Assembly: GCA_951406725.2 (NCBI GenBank)
Contig: OX597820.1
Span: 111,104,001 to 111,168,000, forward strand
Length of the DNA: 64,000 nt
Reading direction: 5' to 3'
From: Octopus vulgaris
Taxonomy: Eukaryota
Under the pieces are notes generated by a model. That model did no database searches. It was not told the origin of the DNA and worked only from the letters and a program-made list of their open reading frames with translations. Below, in pieces: positions 27,809-43,079 of the stretch (position 1 is its first letter; each line of letters opens with the position of its first letter). A program made the position numbers and the translations under genes.

Positions 27809-28332
27809 AGACTGATGGGAATATTATCAGCATGGACTTCGAGGGCTAGGTTGCTATTTAGTTAGATAACTTAGGAGTTAGTTATATGTTTACTTACTGA
27901 ATTAATTTACCGATACTGTTTTTGTACATAGGGTAAATGTGTTTCCTTTGTTGTAGAATTATGATTGAATGAATGTAGTGATATCTAAGGCATGTTTGTT
28001 CCCAAACAACATTTATTTTAGTGCTGCTGACACCGCCGGATTGAATGGTACTGCCCAGGTGTCGAAACCATAGTGATATCCGTGGGGCAGCTGATGATGG
28101 AGGTATGTTGAATTGATGGTATGACTGTTATTGTATGTGTGGAATAGTTTTATAAAACATCTGTTGGATATATATATATTTCGTTTTTGTATTTAGCTTG
28201 AGTCTAGGGAGAGTCATTCTTTTTTACTGCCTTATTACTTAACACACTCACCGGTTCGATTTCCACTCATTTACTTATTTATTTTTACTAAAATTTTCGT
28301 TGCGTCTTGCAACCTTTTCAATAGTCGTTGAC
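27805..28332 (+). mobile_element. Unclassified interspersed repeat after (TA)n, probably PLE terminal-repeat derived
   Basis: 28200-28332 aligns with 9270-9420; possible decayed hammerhead parts (CTGCTGACACC..GGTGTCGAAAC) near 28024-28075. Confidence 0.5.
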
Positions 28333-28682
28333 TCCGTCCGTTAACAGTTGCGTTCCTTTTGTTTGTTTGTGCGCATGTGTATGCGTCACTATGCATGTGT
28401 ATACACATATGTATGTATGTGTATGTGTATGTATGTGTGCGTATGCAAATATATATATATATATGTATGCATGTGTTACCCTTGTTTGTATGTATGTATG
28501 TATGTATTCTGCACATTCTTGTTTGTGTGTTTTTATGTATGTGTGTGTTTGTATGTGCGTGTGCGTATTTGTGTGTGTACTTCTGCCTTGTGTGTGCATG
28601 TTTGAGTGTGTGTATGTATATGGGTTTGTATGACTGTGTACGTGTGTCTGTTATGTAAGGATGTGTGTCTCCATATTTGTCC

Positions 28683-28723
<41 letters not shown>

Positions 28724-28910
28724 GTGTGTGTGTGTGTATATGGTCAAACACACACATCTACATAACAGCCCACTAACAACTCTACCTGTGTATACTGTGT
28801 ATATGTAAACTGTGGCTATTTGGGAATGATTGCCTTCTACGTATATTTCCTATTTGGAACTGGGGATGTTTCATTTACATATATATATTTATATTTATAA
28901 ATATATATAT

Positions 28911-28982
<72 letters not shown>

Positions 28983-29289
28983 CACACACACAAACACACA
29001 CACACGCACACACATATATATATATAATTGAAAAAGATTAGAGGGCTATACATTTATATGTTTCGGTTTTTGAAAAACTTTATCAAAAATATGTACGAAA
29101 ATGGAATATGTAGAGAGAAGAGAGCTATTAATAAAATTAAATTAAAATTAAGATTAATATTCATAGTTTACTTTCCTTTTTTCCTGCAAGAGCACATGGT
29201 CATTTCTGTTAGTTTTGGTGGCATGTTAAATTGAACTGTCTGTGACCACAACTTACTACTATCTGTGTTTGTAAATTAAATAGTGTGGT

Positions 29290-29430
29290 TGTAATGTATA
29301 ACCAGTAAATCCTGGTTCAAAGAAACTAATTTTTAGTCATAGTCCTGTACTTTATTCCGAATGACCGTTCTCTCTCTTCCTCTTCCTGTAAAATGCGCAT
29401 GCTCTTCATATCAATGTTATTTGCATAACA
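29290..29430 (-). mobile_element. Putative 3' LTR (141 bp) of the Gypsy element
   Basis: Minus strand: polypurine tract AGGAGGGGGTGAA immediately followed by TGTTATG...AATAAA...CATTACA (inverted termini TG...CA). Confidence 0.65.
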
Positions 29431-29462
29431 TTCACCCCCTCCTAGAAAAAGAAGGGAAAAAA

Positions 29463-31930
29463 TCATAGATCAAGCCTTTCCGGAGCTTTCCAAATCCTTT
29501 GTGATCGACACAGCTGAGGGGATTCTTCTTTTTGTTCTTGACGGTTATCTCTTGGAGGAGGGGAAATTTCAGTTGGTTCTCTGTCTGGCTGTTGAGCGAC
29601 AAATGTTTGGGTTAATCTTCCCTGGTGATGCCAATTGTTTTGTGGATACTGTGGTTTCGTGACCATCTTGATAATGAACGTGAGTGTATTGGAAGTTGGC
29701 TTCGATTAAATCAACTTGGTACACGATAGGGTCATACTTGTTAGTGTGATTGTTCCTTTGAACAAGCCAGGTTCTGGGTTAAGAAGCCATGTTGGCATAG
29801 ATGTTCCTGTTACTGAACGTCTTTGATAGTTAAAAAGACGTTCATGAGGAGTGGTGTTAGTGGACGTACAAAGTAGAGATCTGATTGAATGCAACGCATC
29901 TGGAAGAACTGTTTCACATGAAGATACTGGAAGGGCGCGGGTTTTCAAAGAGAGTAGTACTGACTTCCAAATAATACCATTATATATTTCTACTTGGTTG
30001 TTCCAAGTGGGATTGTATGGTGTCATCCTATTCATTGCAATGTCCTTACTGAGGAGCCATTCTCTCAGTCTTGTGGACATAAAGGCAGTTCCACGATCTG
30101 AATGTACATAACTGGGCATACCAAAAACTGAGAACAAATCTGTAAGACACTTTATTACAGTCTGAGCTGTGTCAGATACTGGATATCCAAACGGAAACCG
30201 AGAGTATTCGTCATCTATTGTTAGGAGATAAGAATGCTTCGTGGAAGAAATTGGACCTTTGAAATCGATAGAAGTTCGCTTGAAGGGCTGCATGGCCTTA
30301 ATTAAGTTAACTGAGTCTGGTTTATAATATTGTGGTTTCACTTCTTGACATGTAGAACAATGCCTACATATTTGTTTCACGTTCTCTAACGAATATGGAA
30401 GATTTCTACTGAGGACGAAATGATGAAGGCGTACTACACCAGGATGGCACAGTGCTGCATGTAACTCATAAAGTGAATTTGAACTAATTTCTGAACAGCG
30501 TACCCTTGTGAATGCATCCGGAGCGACGTTGCTGGATCATGGGCACTAATGAATATCATATGAGTATGGAGATAATGCAATGCGCCATCTCATAATGTTA
30601 TCATTTTTAATTTTGCTCGTCGCTTTATAATTATACATGAATGTAACAGAACGTTGATCAGTAATTAATGTAAAGTGTCTACCTAGAAGAAGGTGTCTCC
30701 AATAATGAAATGATTCGATAATTGCTTGGGTTTCCTTTTCAACTGAGGAGTGGTACTGTTCGCTACCTTGCAGCGTGCGAGAATGGAATGCGATTGGTCT
30801 TCCATCTGAATTTAGTGTCGCAGATATAACAAAATCCGAAGCATTCGTCTCAACAGTAAACGGAATGTTCTCATCTATTACTTGAATGGCAGCATTGGCT
30901 AGTTCTACCTTTAATGACTCAAAGGCTTTCACTTGTTGGCTGTTGAGAGGGAATTTTAATACGTTATTTAGAGGATATATTTTGTCCGAAAATTTGGAGA
31001 TCCACTTAGCATAATAAGAAAACATACCGACTATACGTTTTAATGATTTCTGGTCAGTTGGTGTAGAAAGATTTAGGAGTGGAGCAAGCCTTTCTGGGTC
31101 AGGGCTGAGGGTATTGTGTGAGATACGGTATCCAAGAAAGTCAAGAGTTGTTGAGTAAACGCGTTTGTCTTCATTTATGGTAAGCCCTTCACTTTTTGCT
31201 ACCATTTCAAATTTTACTAAATTTTTATCGTGGTCATTTTGATCTTTCCCACATATTGTTAAATTGTCTATGAATGGGAGCGTATCTCGCAGCTTGTATT
31301 TACTCTCGAAGTTTCACATGATAGTACTTCGGATTATTCAGTTTCACATGATAGTATTTCGGATTATTCAGAGTTAGTGAAACAGTGCAGTATCCCTTGG
31401 ATTCTGCAGAAAGAGATGCAGAAGCCATACCAATGACCTTCTTCAATTAGACCGTCTTGATGTTGTGTGTTCACTAGCTTCTCACTGATGAAGCTCTTCT
31501 CAGTGCTACTACTATCAACTAATGCTTCGGCTTTATAGCTATTGTTCAGTATAACCACGGAGGTTACTCGGAAGGGTGAACCTGCTGATGCTGATACTGC
31601 CAATGGCAAACCATATTTACCATTATCCTGTGTTAGAGTTGCTGCGTTGTTCCTACATAGTTTTCCAAAATGCCCTATTTTTTGGCATTTGTGACAGACT
31701 GCTTTCTAGGCAGGGTAGTGAGTGTGCAGGTGTCTGGAATAGCTACAAAACCAACATTGAGAGGGGTCTCCTTTTTGGGTCGCAGCAGAGTGTTTTCCTT
31801 CCTACTTTCCTTCCTACAATCTTGAAGTTGGCACCCTCAGAGTTTAGAAAGACACTGGAACTTCGTTGCGCCACATTTAGTGAATGTGCTTGATCATAAT
31901 CTGTACTGAGGTTGGCACTTTTGTTTTCTA
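29463..31930 (-). pseudogene. Decayed Ty3/Gypsy gag-pol (knuckle, protease, partial RT, RNase H, integrase)
   Basis: CHKCQKIGHFGKLC knuckle near 31655-31700; ALVDSSS protease; FIDN and LDFLGY RT; ETNASD..YSSVEKE-like and TDQ RNase H; IDFKGP, HSDRGTAF integrase. Order PR-RT-RH-INT; frameshifted with RT N-terminus deleted near 31310; 5' end cut by a SINE. Confidence 0.9.
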
Positions 31931-32069
31931 ATAGTCTTTGTTGTATCGGTCTCTTTTGCCGAACCGCTAAGTTACGGGGACGTAAACACATCAGCATCGG
32001 TTGTCAAGCGATGTTGGGGGGACAAACACAGACACACAAACAGACACACACAAACAGACACACACACAC

Positions 32070-32115
<46 letters not shown>

Positions 32116-32278
32116 GACGGGCTTCTTTCAGTTTCCGTATACCAAATCCACTCACAAGGCTTTGGTCGGCCCGAGGCTATAGTAGAAGACACTTGCCCAA
32201 GGTGCCACGCAGTGGGACTGAACCCGGAACTATGTGGTTCGTAAGCAAGCTACTTACCACACAGCCACTCCTACTCCT
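31930..32278 (-). mobile_element. SINE family C copy
   Basis: Reverse complement of family C head, core and part of tail. Confidence 0.85.
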
Positions 32279-32285
32279 ATATATA

Positions 32286-32321
<36 letters not shown>

Positions 32322-32344
32322 TGTATGTATGTATGTATTATGTA

Positions 32345-32582
32345 TGTATGTGTGTGTATATGTTTGTGTGTCTGTGTTTGTCTCCTCAACATCACTTGAC
32401 AACCGATACTGGTGTGGTTACGTCCCCATAACTTACCGGTTCGGCAAAAAAGACCGATAGAATAAGTACTAGGCTTACAAAGAATAAGTCCTGGAGTCGA
32501 TTTGTTTCGACTAAAGGCGGTGCTCCAGTATGGCCGCAGTCAAATGACTGAAACAAGTAAAAGAGTAAAGGAATAAAAGAAT
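32345..32582 (+). mobile_element. SINE family C, 3' half
   Basis: CTTGACAACCGATACTGG...GGCCGCAGTCAAATGACTGAAACAAGTAAAAGAG; inverted relative to 31930-32278. Confidence 0.85.
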
Positions 32583-32629
32583 ATATATGTGAGCGTATGT
32601 GTGTTTGTGTGAGTGCGTTTGTGTGTGTG

Positions 32630-33110
32630 TAGTCATGCGCATAATTATTGGCACCCCTTGTGAATTTCTCGCTGAAATTGATGTCTACGAAAATGCTTTT
32701 ATGTCACAATAATGTGAACAACGAAGACATAACTTTTGCCAAAGGAGAACATCTGGTGATGTCTTGTAGGGAAATCTCAGCAAATAAAAATTTCAAGCAC
32801 GGTTCAAAATTATTGGCACTTACATAACAATTTGATTACTGCGTTGCAAAATACACAGTATCAGATAATAGTGGTTACAATATCATGAGAAGGTTCTAAA
32901 ATACAAAACCTTCTAGAATAACACGTGGCAAGGCTACTTACATCACTTCCATAATCCATCTAATTTGAAGCAGCTGAAAGAATATGTGAGTGAAGAAATC
33001 CTCCTGACCCGTGCCTGAAGACTGGAGGAAGTTATTAAGCATAAAGGATACACTATCAATTGTTAATCATCGAATGTTGTAGAGGTGCCAATAATTTTGA
33101 ACCAATTATT
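32630..33110 (+). mobile_element. Internally deleted Tc1-like element (IR/DR type)
   Basis: AATTATTGGCAC at about 32644 and 32808, inverted copy GTGCCAATAATT at about 33085; transposase C-terminal relic EVIKHKGYTINC*. Right end uncertain. Confidence 0.6.
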
Positions 33111-33507
33111 TTGTTTTTCTGTTTTGCTAATTAAAAATAAATTGTTTTGGAAATTTAACTTTTGTTTGGTGTTCCTTAAACATTGGTGCACTTGGTTTTG
33201 TTAGTAAATGTCTAAAAGAAAATCTGGATAAGCTGGGGTTTTCAGAAAAAGAAATCAATCAACTGACTTGTACGTTACTAATACAATCTGCAAGTGAGAC
33301 AGTAGAAGTATGCAAGATTGTTCTCAAGTTTAAAATGTGACTTCGTTTTGTTATCTACATTCCAGTGATAGAGCTTCCTCAGGGGAAGAATTTAAATAAT
33401 TAAAAACATACATACAGATATACACGCCTGCCTACTAACTTACCTGCATGCATACATACATACATACATACATACATACACACACACACATACATACATA
33501 CATACAT

Positions 33508-33544
<37 letters not shown>

Positions 33545-36272
33545 TACATACATACATACATACATACATACGTACGTACATACAAATATACATACATACA
33601 TACATACATACATACATACATACATACATACATACATACATACATACATACATACATAGCTGTCGCTCGCAAGTGAGTATAACCTGGTGACATGTACCAC
33701 GCTTTCGTTAATTGTTTTAGATGCCTATTAAGATGTGAGCTGATATTGACACCCTCTCGGTCATCTCACCTTTGAACCAGTAAAACATTGAGAATATGAC
33801 ATTTGCCAAGGGAAAGGGGTGCACCAAAACATGGCCTATACAGAGTTTTCAATTGAAGGGACTAGAGCAACATGAAATGAAATGCCTTGCTCAAAAACAC
33901 AACGCGTCACCCGATCCAGGAACTGAACCAACGACTTTATGACCATGGGGTCAACGCCTTGACTACCAAGCCACACTCGTACAGGTATGTATATGTACAT
34001 ATTTATTTATATGTATATAAATAGTACCCATACGCGCGCATATATCAAAATTTTATTAGACACGAAACTTAAAGAATTTATGCCAATAATATAAGCAATT
34101 TATTCCAGACAATGGAGCCAAATACACAAAGACATTATTCCTCATAACAAGAGAGTTTTTATGCGAAGAAGACTAAACGTCTCAGATCACTTAAATAAGC
34201 AACTTAATAACAACGATGAGCTCCGCTTACAAAAAGGTATTTTTAGAGTCAAAAATTAAAACTCAAACTCTTTCACGAAGAGGAAAATGGGGAAAGAAGT
34301 TCCAGGGTAGTTGAAATTATAGAACGAACTCTAAGGCCTATGCAACAGATTCGGCTCACAAACTGCAATGGCCAAAATTACAAGTGAAGTATATTAACTC
34401 ACCTTATGAAATTCCAAAGTGTTTTCACTTTCATGGTGGGCAAAAAGCAAATGATATACACTTTCAACGATGTATGATTCACACACTGTTGTTTCAAGCT
34501 AATCCTGCTTCTATCGCACGTACCAAATTATTATTAAGCCTGTCGGCTGAGTGCAATATCAATGTTTCTTTTCATCACTTTTTCACTATATCAGCGACGG
34601 AGAATTTTGTCAGACCATACGGTTGCCAATGAATTCTTATCATCTACGAATCCCAAAGAGGCAGAGATGTGCATTTAACTATGCCACTACTGGACAATGT
34701 ATGTATGTATGTATGTATGTATGTATGTATGTGTGTATGTATGTATGTATGCATCTATATATGCATGTATGTATTCATGTACGCATGTGAGTATGTATGT
34801 ACGTACACATATGTATGTGTGTGTCTGCATATGTACATGTGTTTGTGCGTGTGTGTGTGTATGTGTGTATGTGTGCGTCTGTGTGTGCGTCTGTGTATGT
34901 GTGTGTGTATGTGTGTGTGTGTGCGCGCGCGCGTGTGTGTGACCTGCTCCTACCGCTTGCCAGCAAGTACTGATTAGTTTTCGTTTCCATAACCTTGCGA
35001 TTCGGCAAAAGAAAGCGAGAAAATAGGTACTAAACTTAAACGTAAGTATTGGAGGTAGATTTGCTCGACTGAAATCCTTTAAGTTGCTATTCCAGCATCT
35101 CCCACAGCCCAGGGACTGGAACGAGTAAAAGATACACTACCGTTGCACAATTTATCTCTTCTCTTTGAGTTTACATCCTCGATCAATCTTTTTCTCCCAC
35201 TATTCCTGTGAGGGTCCTGTGGGTAGAATCGTCAGGCACTCCTTCATAGGGTCCTATCAGAAACAACTGTCGATAGACTTTCCAGCTGGATTCCCAAGCG
35301 TGACCAACTGAGACGGGATATTATCCGATCAGGCGGATAAGAGTGGGGAAGTAACTTTGCTTTCTTAAAATGAACGAAAATAGGGATGGGTTCCCCTGCT
35401 CTAGAGATTCTAAGATCAGGCAGCAATATTTAAACTAAGCGTTGCTGTGGAAGCCTCATAACTCAGTGTATGCCCACAGGTCAGACTGTCATCCAACATA
35501 ATTTAATCTTTAATATTTAATGAATCTAAAATCTCCAAGTTATATTCCTGTACTTTTTTAACACGATTCGTCTAAAAGAGATGCTTTCTCGAGACGAACA
35601 TTGCTGTTTTCAAGGATATGTCTGCTTTAAGTATGATGCATAGATGGTTATGTATATATACATATATACATGTATATGTATACATACACACACACACACA
35701 CATACACACATACACAAACACACACACACACACACACTCGTACACAAAGCCATACATACATTATACAATACCTTTGAAAAGTGTTTAACATGTAACTCTA
35801 TAAGGTCATTCATTTTTAAATACCAATAAAGCAAATTTGCTTCGCGGATACAAATCAGCCCCTCACTGAGAATTTAAACTGAAAGAAATATAAAAAAGCA
35901 CATTCATGCGCACGTACACAAACGTACATTGACACGCTGCAGTAGAAATTTGTTAAAGCTCAACAGTTTGCCAACTTTCTTCCCGCCTTTCCTTCATATA
36001 AAACAAGACGTAGAGAGGCTCTGAATCGTAGTCATTGCATTTAGTTTCTTCGCTGTTGGGTTTACGTGACTCCTACTTTCAATAGCAACGTCTTCACTGA
36101 ATAGGATTCATACTTGGAAGACCGAAAAGGAGCAGTAGAGGGGCGAGGGGAAATGTGCAGTTGATATAAAGGAGGCGGTCGGGGTAGACTGAGCTTAAAT
36201 ATGGCGGCGAGTTACATTAGCGTTCTAAAGAATTAGTTCAGAACTCATATGGTTATCGATTTTTAGCTAGAT

Positions 36273-36646
<374 letters not shown>

Positions 36647-37899
36647 GCTTACGGGCTAACAATCATACAAAGATAGTTAAAGAACGGTAAAGAAAGAGAT
36701 TGTTGAAGTAATTCGGTGTCCATACACATATTCTTTAAACTATATACTTGTGATTGCATCATTATACATTTATGTACGTTTATGAGTATGTGTGCGTTTG
36801 TATGTGTCTGCGTGTGCACACGTACAAGTGTGTGTTTGCGTTTGCTATTTTATTTATAAGCTATATGTGTAAGAAAATATATATCAAAGCTTTAGCAGAA
36901 TACTATAGACTGGGTTATAATTTAATGTTTTGTGTAAGAGTCTAGCCAGATGATATGTTGTTATTTAACCCCAGGTCAATTCTAGTCGGCAAGACTTATT
37001 CATGATCAAAGGCATTTTGGCTGCAAATATTTCTTTTTATTTGTTTTTTATTTTTTGTTTCTATTTTCTATGGAGATTTTTTCCCTGGAAAATATGTCTA
37101 GAATTAAATTTCTTGTATATTATTCGTAATTTGTTTTGTTACCTTTAAGACGATATAGAATAATTCCAGGGTGATATAATGCACATATATATTGTAACTA
37201 CAAAGCACTGTAGAATATGTAGATATAAATATGATAGCTACAGAGGTAGTCTAGAATATGGACGCAGCTGATATATATGTGCGTGTGTGTGACAAATTCC
37301 TTTACCCAAACAATGCGTTGGATAGCATTCTTCTTCCACAGGAAGAGTAGTACAAATGATTCTCGTGAATTTTAGGATACACTGAAACATGAATTTAAAG
37401 CCACAGCCATATAGGTGCTTGTCTCCACAGTAACAAGCCAAGCGTTGGAAAAGCGGTTACGAAAAACCACGTGTTTACAAACCGATATTTTACAGCGTGT
37501 TTTCCTACTTGTACACATCTTTTTCTGTTCTTAAAACTATAAACTTTTTTTTATTTTCGCATTCAATTCATGTTGAATGCGTAGAACTACAAAATATGTT
37601 GTATACTCGTTTTTGTTTTTGTGCTTTGTGTTTTGGTCATTTTCACTTAAAACATGTGCTATCGTACAATGTTGACATTATCGTTTTGTTGTCTTATGAT
37701 TGCAGTCACTCGCAAAATGGCAGCTTCCAAATCCTGTTTTCTGACTGGGTAAAAATGCCCAAACTTTAAACCTCTGTGTAACATTTAATAATTTTGTTCT
37801 GGGAAAGTGAATTAGGACTTGAATTTCAGTGTGAAAAATCACATCAATACACCAAATTCGAAAATTTTCATTTAATTTTAAAATTTAAAAAGTGTAGCC

Positions 37900-38800
37900 A
37901 AACAGAAAAGATCCTTTATCATATTCCAGATCGAGTTTTTGGTTTCCTAGATGAGGTGGAAGGAGGTCTATATAAGGCTGACGTTCTCATCATATTAGAT
38001 AGGTGTAGTAAAATAGAAATTGGGAAATGTAAGAAACGACTATTTAAATTCTTCAAAACTTTCGGACTGTCAATTACTATAGAAAATAATTACCGTGAGG
38101 TAAATTATGTTGATATAACATTTAGTCTGGATACCGGATTATTTGAACCGTAACATAAATCGAACAAAAACCTAAGATGTATCAATAAAAAATCTAATCA
38201 CCTGCCCTCCGTCATAAACGGACTTATAAGCAATATATCCAATCAAATATCAAAGACTTTCGGTAAATGAGATAATATTTTACTTACATGCACATTATTA
38301 CAATGTAGCGTTAGGGAGGGCAGGTTATACTGAGAAAATTAAATATATACCTAATGATAATCTTATTGATGTATATAGCAACAATAATAACAGCTCTAAA
38401 CTACACTTTGGTAGAAGAAATTATAAACACGAAATCGATGAAGCTAATGATCTCAACTCACGAAATACTGAAAACGACACAATAAATAAAGTCAAAAGGG
38501 AAAATAGGGCTAATCTAAATATTAATTATAGGTATAACTGTAATTCCTTAGATAATGAGCCTACTACAAACTAAACTAGCTCTTATAGGATGAAGTGCAA
38601 AAATGCAATGTTTTATTGTATAATCCAATCTTCGGATTACAAGTATCGGTCAAGATCGCTAGGAACTTCTTTGCTGCATTTTCCAAGATCTCAAAATACC
38701 ACAAGATTTTCAACACACAGTGAAATTATCGTATGCAACATCTAAAATACTTAGAATACTACTTTCCTAAACTTAATAATAGAAAGATAAACCAGGAGTT
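37900..38800 (+). pseudogene. Decayed RT of a second PLE clade (Naiad-like)
   Basis: GGLYKAD (cf. GLYRDD), FKTFGLSITIENNYREVNYVDITFSL, then INKKSNHLPSVI (cf. SNHPP) after a stop. Confidence 0.7.
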
Positions 38801-39124
38801 AACTAACACAATTAGTGGAGGCGAAAGAGAGAAATGAACCTTCTCATAAGAACTGTAACACACACGTATATACTATACATATATACATGCATATATACAA
38901 ATAGAACTGGCTTTGGGAAAAATTAGAGACTAACGAAATCCTGCCACACAGCAACATTAAGCTTTGAAAAGGATTTCCCTCACAGCTGCAGTGGCCAGTC
39001 TGCGTTTCCCGTATCGAATTGAGTCAGCTGCCAGCAAACCAGCAATCGACGATAAACCTCTGTGTGTGTGTGTGTGTGTGCGTGCGCGCGCATGCGTGTA
39101 TGTATATATACATATATATATATA

Positions 39125-39245
39125 TAGTTAATTCAAACAAGAAAACACAGAAAAAAAAAGGGAAAAAACACCGCAACGCAGGACGTGGAACAAATAAAGT
39201 ATTATTGACGCTCAGGAAAGAAGGGAAGGAGGGTTTAACGTTTCG
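39125..39245 (-). mobile_element. Pseudo-LTR family P2, truncated
   Basis: Matches 24022-24138 and breaks inside the hammerhead motif. Confidence 0.7.
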
Positions 39246-39593
39246 ATATGCGGGTATTCTATATCAGATAATACAAAAATAACCTAATGAGTATATCTGA
39301 AAGTAAACTCATGGCATCAGTTTACACATCACGAAATAATACTTAAAGGATATAACCAAAATTACCAGCTGGGTATATAATGTACTTCATTAAGTATATC
39401 ATACTTTAGTTAATACATATTCTATTAATAAAGTTTTTTAGCTGGTTAATTAGGTCCTGTATATATTCTTTCCTGCTGTGAATAGGTATATCCTTTAAAG
39501 ATGACTTCCACTCTATTATCTCAATCCTACCTGAAAGATCCATTTCTGACATTTATAAGAGGTCCTATTAGTAGAACCAATTGTATGATTAAT

Positions 39594-39641
<48 letters not shown>

Positions 39642-40463
39642 CATATATATATATATATACATACACACACACATATATATATATTCACACATGCATATAT
39701 GCCCACGTACATGCACGTACGCATACACCCGCACGTACTCCGCCCCACCCTTCACACACGGACACACGTGTATACGTATATCTGCAGACACCTACACGCA
39801 CACATATACATGCACATTCCTGCATCTCGTTCGTTTTTCAAGCAGTAACTAATTGTTGGCATATATTATTATTGTTAATATACAGCTATATATCTGAACC
39901 TATATGAACATCAGTATCTGAACACAAGTGTAAGGATATGGTTTTTAACTCTCTAGATAATTCATATGTTACGTTAGTTTAGAGGCTGTACCTTTTAGTT
40001 TGCATACTTTAGTGACTCCCGGTTGCGCTCCAAAGCTATCATGTAGGAACATACATAAATAGAAATGTGTCCGAGCATAATCAACACAATAAAGTAAACT
40101 TTGTTCTCTTTAGTTAATCAGTCTGTTACGTTTTTCTAAAATGGCTATACTCTAGTTACCGTTGCGTTCTTCAAGTGTCCTATACGAACGAACCTAAATA
40201 CATATAGCGTTCTCATCTGGTCTTTCTTTAGTATAGGCTCCATGGTTGCAGTTCATGGGGTTTGTACTGTGTGAACAGGTGTTTAGCTGTATGCATGAAT
40301 CTGGACAGGCGTTCAGCAAATCTATTTATAATTCGCTCTTTTATCAATAATATTGACAGCGATTATTGTATGTATGTGTGTGTGTGCGTGTGTGTGTGCG
40401 TGCGTACGTGCGTGCGTGCGTGCGTGCGCGTGTGCGCGTGTGTGTGTGTGTGTGTGTTTTGTG

Positions 40464-40520
<57 letters not shown>

Positions 40521-41256
40521 GAACGTGTATCTTTTCGTAAAAACAGATTCTGTGTCTTTTTGTTGAAAGTAGGTTTTGTTGTTAAACGACATTATTTTAA
40601 GAAACTGTTCCCGGAGAAAGGGCATCGATCAGAATAGTTTAAGTAGTTATTTATACCACATCAATGATCGGATAGTCTTTCCTAACTTGGAAGCGAATAT
40701 AAATTAAATACAAGAAACTCGGATAGAACTATATTGGTTTGCGTAATTTGCATAACAGTGGATGTTAATATAAATGTATCCCGTTTTTGAAGTCCGACAT
40801 AGCGTTAGGTTAAATAGAAGAGTAAGATAAACTTATAAGTGCGTGTTTTATGAAATAATTTATTCACACCGTAAAAAACACGATAATATTGATTTATCTT
40901 GCTAGTTTCTGTTATTTTATAGGCGACGAATTCAGTTCTATTAGGGTTTGTGAATTCTATAAATGGAAACAAATTTCCAATGTCTCTGTGGACAGAAATG
41001 AGCAACGGAGCTCTCATGAGATTTTAATAAATGCTGAAATTAAACAGATCAATTTCTCTTTCTGTTGCCAGAAAAAGAAAAAAGTGGTTTAAGCCACAGT
41101 TTAACCTACATTTCTATCCAAGAAGATAGAAATGCACGTTTATTACAAATACATACTATTCAGTTTACCTAATATTTCTACTTAACTTAATGTTGTGTAG
41201 TGTTTACATCACACACACACAGACACACACGCACACACACATACATACACACATAC

Positions 41257-42447
41257 CAAGTTTTTTTATATTTTCACTGATGATTTTGGCGGCTTGTATC
41301 TCCATGTTATATCATTAATTTGATACAACTTGTTGTCCAATCGTTGCTCAATTGCTTATTCTTTATTTTCTTATATAACATACAAACATTAACTGTTTAT
41401 TATTTACAGCTTTGATAATAAGTGGTGAAAAAATTAGTTAGGGCCATCTTCATGTTACCCGAGGAAAAAATAAGACTGAGTGCGGGGACAACAACAAATG
41501 AAATTAATGATGTGGAAGGTCCAGGAACTGTCAACGAACGTGAGGGACAAAATTGGTTGAGAGGTTTCAAGGAAGGTGACACTAGCGTCGAAGATAAACT
41601 GAGATTAGGGAGACCTGTGGTGGAAGATGACGCATTGCTTGAGAAGGTTAAGCAACAGCGTAGCACAAGCACTCGTATGTTGTCAGCAGAAGTTTGACCT
41701 TCATAAGGCACCATCAATCAACACCTCCATAAGCTCGGCCTTGTGAACAGAGACAGTTGAGAAACTCTTCATGAACTGACCAACTCAAAAACGTGTGAGC
41801 TTTTGCAAACAACTGCTGCCAAATCCTCGAGATACCCGTTTTGGGTGTCGAGCTGTAACTGAGGATGAAAAATGAATCTATTTTTATAACCCGGCTAGGC
41901 TTCAAAACCTGTTGTCAAAGAAGGGTGGCTTGAACAGAAGGTGATGTTGCGTGTGTGGTATGATTTCGAATGGGAGTTGCACTCTGAGCTTATCCCAGGT
42001 GCTCATACTGTGAATGCTAACCTTTATGCTCAACAACTGCAGTGAGTATATAATGCTTTGAAATCCCTCTACCCGGCCTTGGCCTATCGAAGATGCGCAC
42101 TCCTACAGAATGACAATGCCCCAGTACACAATGCTAATGTGGCCAAGCGCAAACTTGAGGACCTTGAGGGGACTGGAAGTACTGCCTCACCCTGGCTACA
42201 TGCCAGACCTTGCACCATCAGGTTACCACCTTTTCCGAGCCATGACTGTTGCCTACAAGGATAGATGTTCAACAATGTTTACGAAATTGAAGAAGGCTAC
42301 AGGGAATTTTTTTGCCTCTAAACCAACTTCTGTTATAACAATAGCAACAGACAATAGAATATTATGCGATATGTTTTGATGAATAAACGCTTTTTGCATA
42401 TAACTTATTTGAGCTATTAATTAAATCTTAAAATACGGAAAAATTGT
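41257..42447 (+). pseudogene. Decayed mariner (DD34D-like) transposon
   Basis: WLRGFKEGDTSVEDKLRLGRP; VTEDEK*I; KVMLRVWYD; LLQNDNAPVH; VLPHPGYMPDLAPSGYHLF (cf. YSPDLAPSDYHLF). Multiple stops and frameshifts; ends approximate. Confidence 0.85.
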
Positions 42448-43079
42448 CACTCAATTGTGTACATACACATTACGCGCGCGCGCGTATACATACATACATA
42501 CACACACATACATACATACATACACACACACATACATACATACATACACACACATACATACATACATACATACATACATACATACACACACATATATACA
42601 TACATACATACATACACACACACACATACATACATACATACATACATACATACATACATACATACATACATACATACATACATACATACACACATATATA
42701 TACATACATACATACATACATACATACATACATACATACATACATACATACATACATGATATGTTGCAAACTCGTGTTGCCATCGACTGATCGAAAATCC
42801 CACCCATGTTTCCAGAGGTGAATTATTCAAACACCAAAGAATCCCTCTCAACACATGGCTATGATGCTCCCCCACTACTTCTGCTTGTGATCAGAGATGC
42901 ACATATCGTCAGCCACCAAGGGAAATGCTCAACTGGTTAAGGTCAAACAACTGACAAGCAAATCTGTGGCATTGAGCAGAATATTTGCTGCAGCCCATCT
43001 TTTATACCAAGACAAAACAATGTACATGATAACACTTCCAATCAGTTAAGATCAGAAGCCATGAGAGCCACTGGTACTG

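Noticed and set aside
37900-38800. Selenocysteine recoding in the Naiad-like relic
   Set aside because: Too decayed; the stops checked include TAA and no SECIS could be identified.
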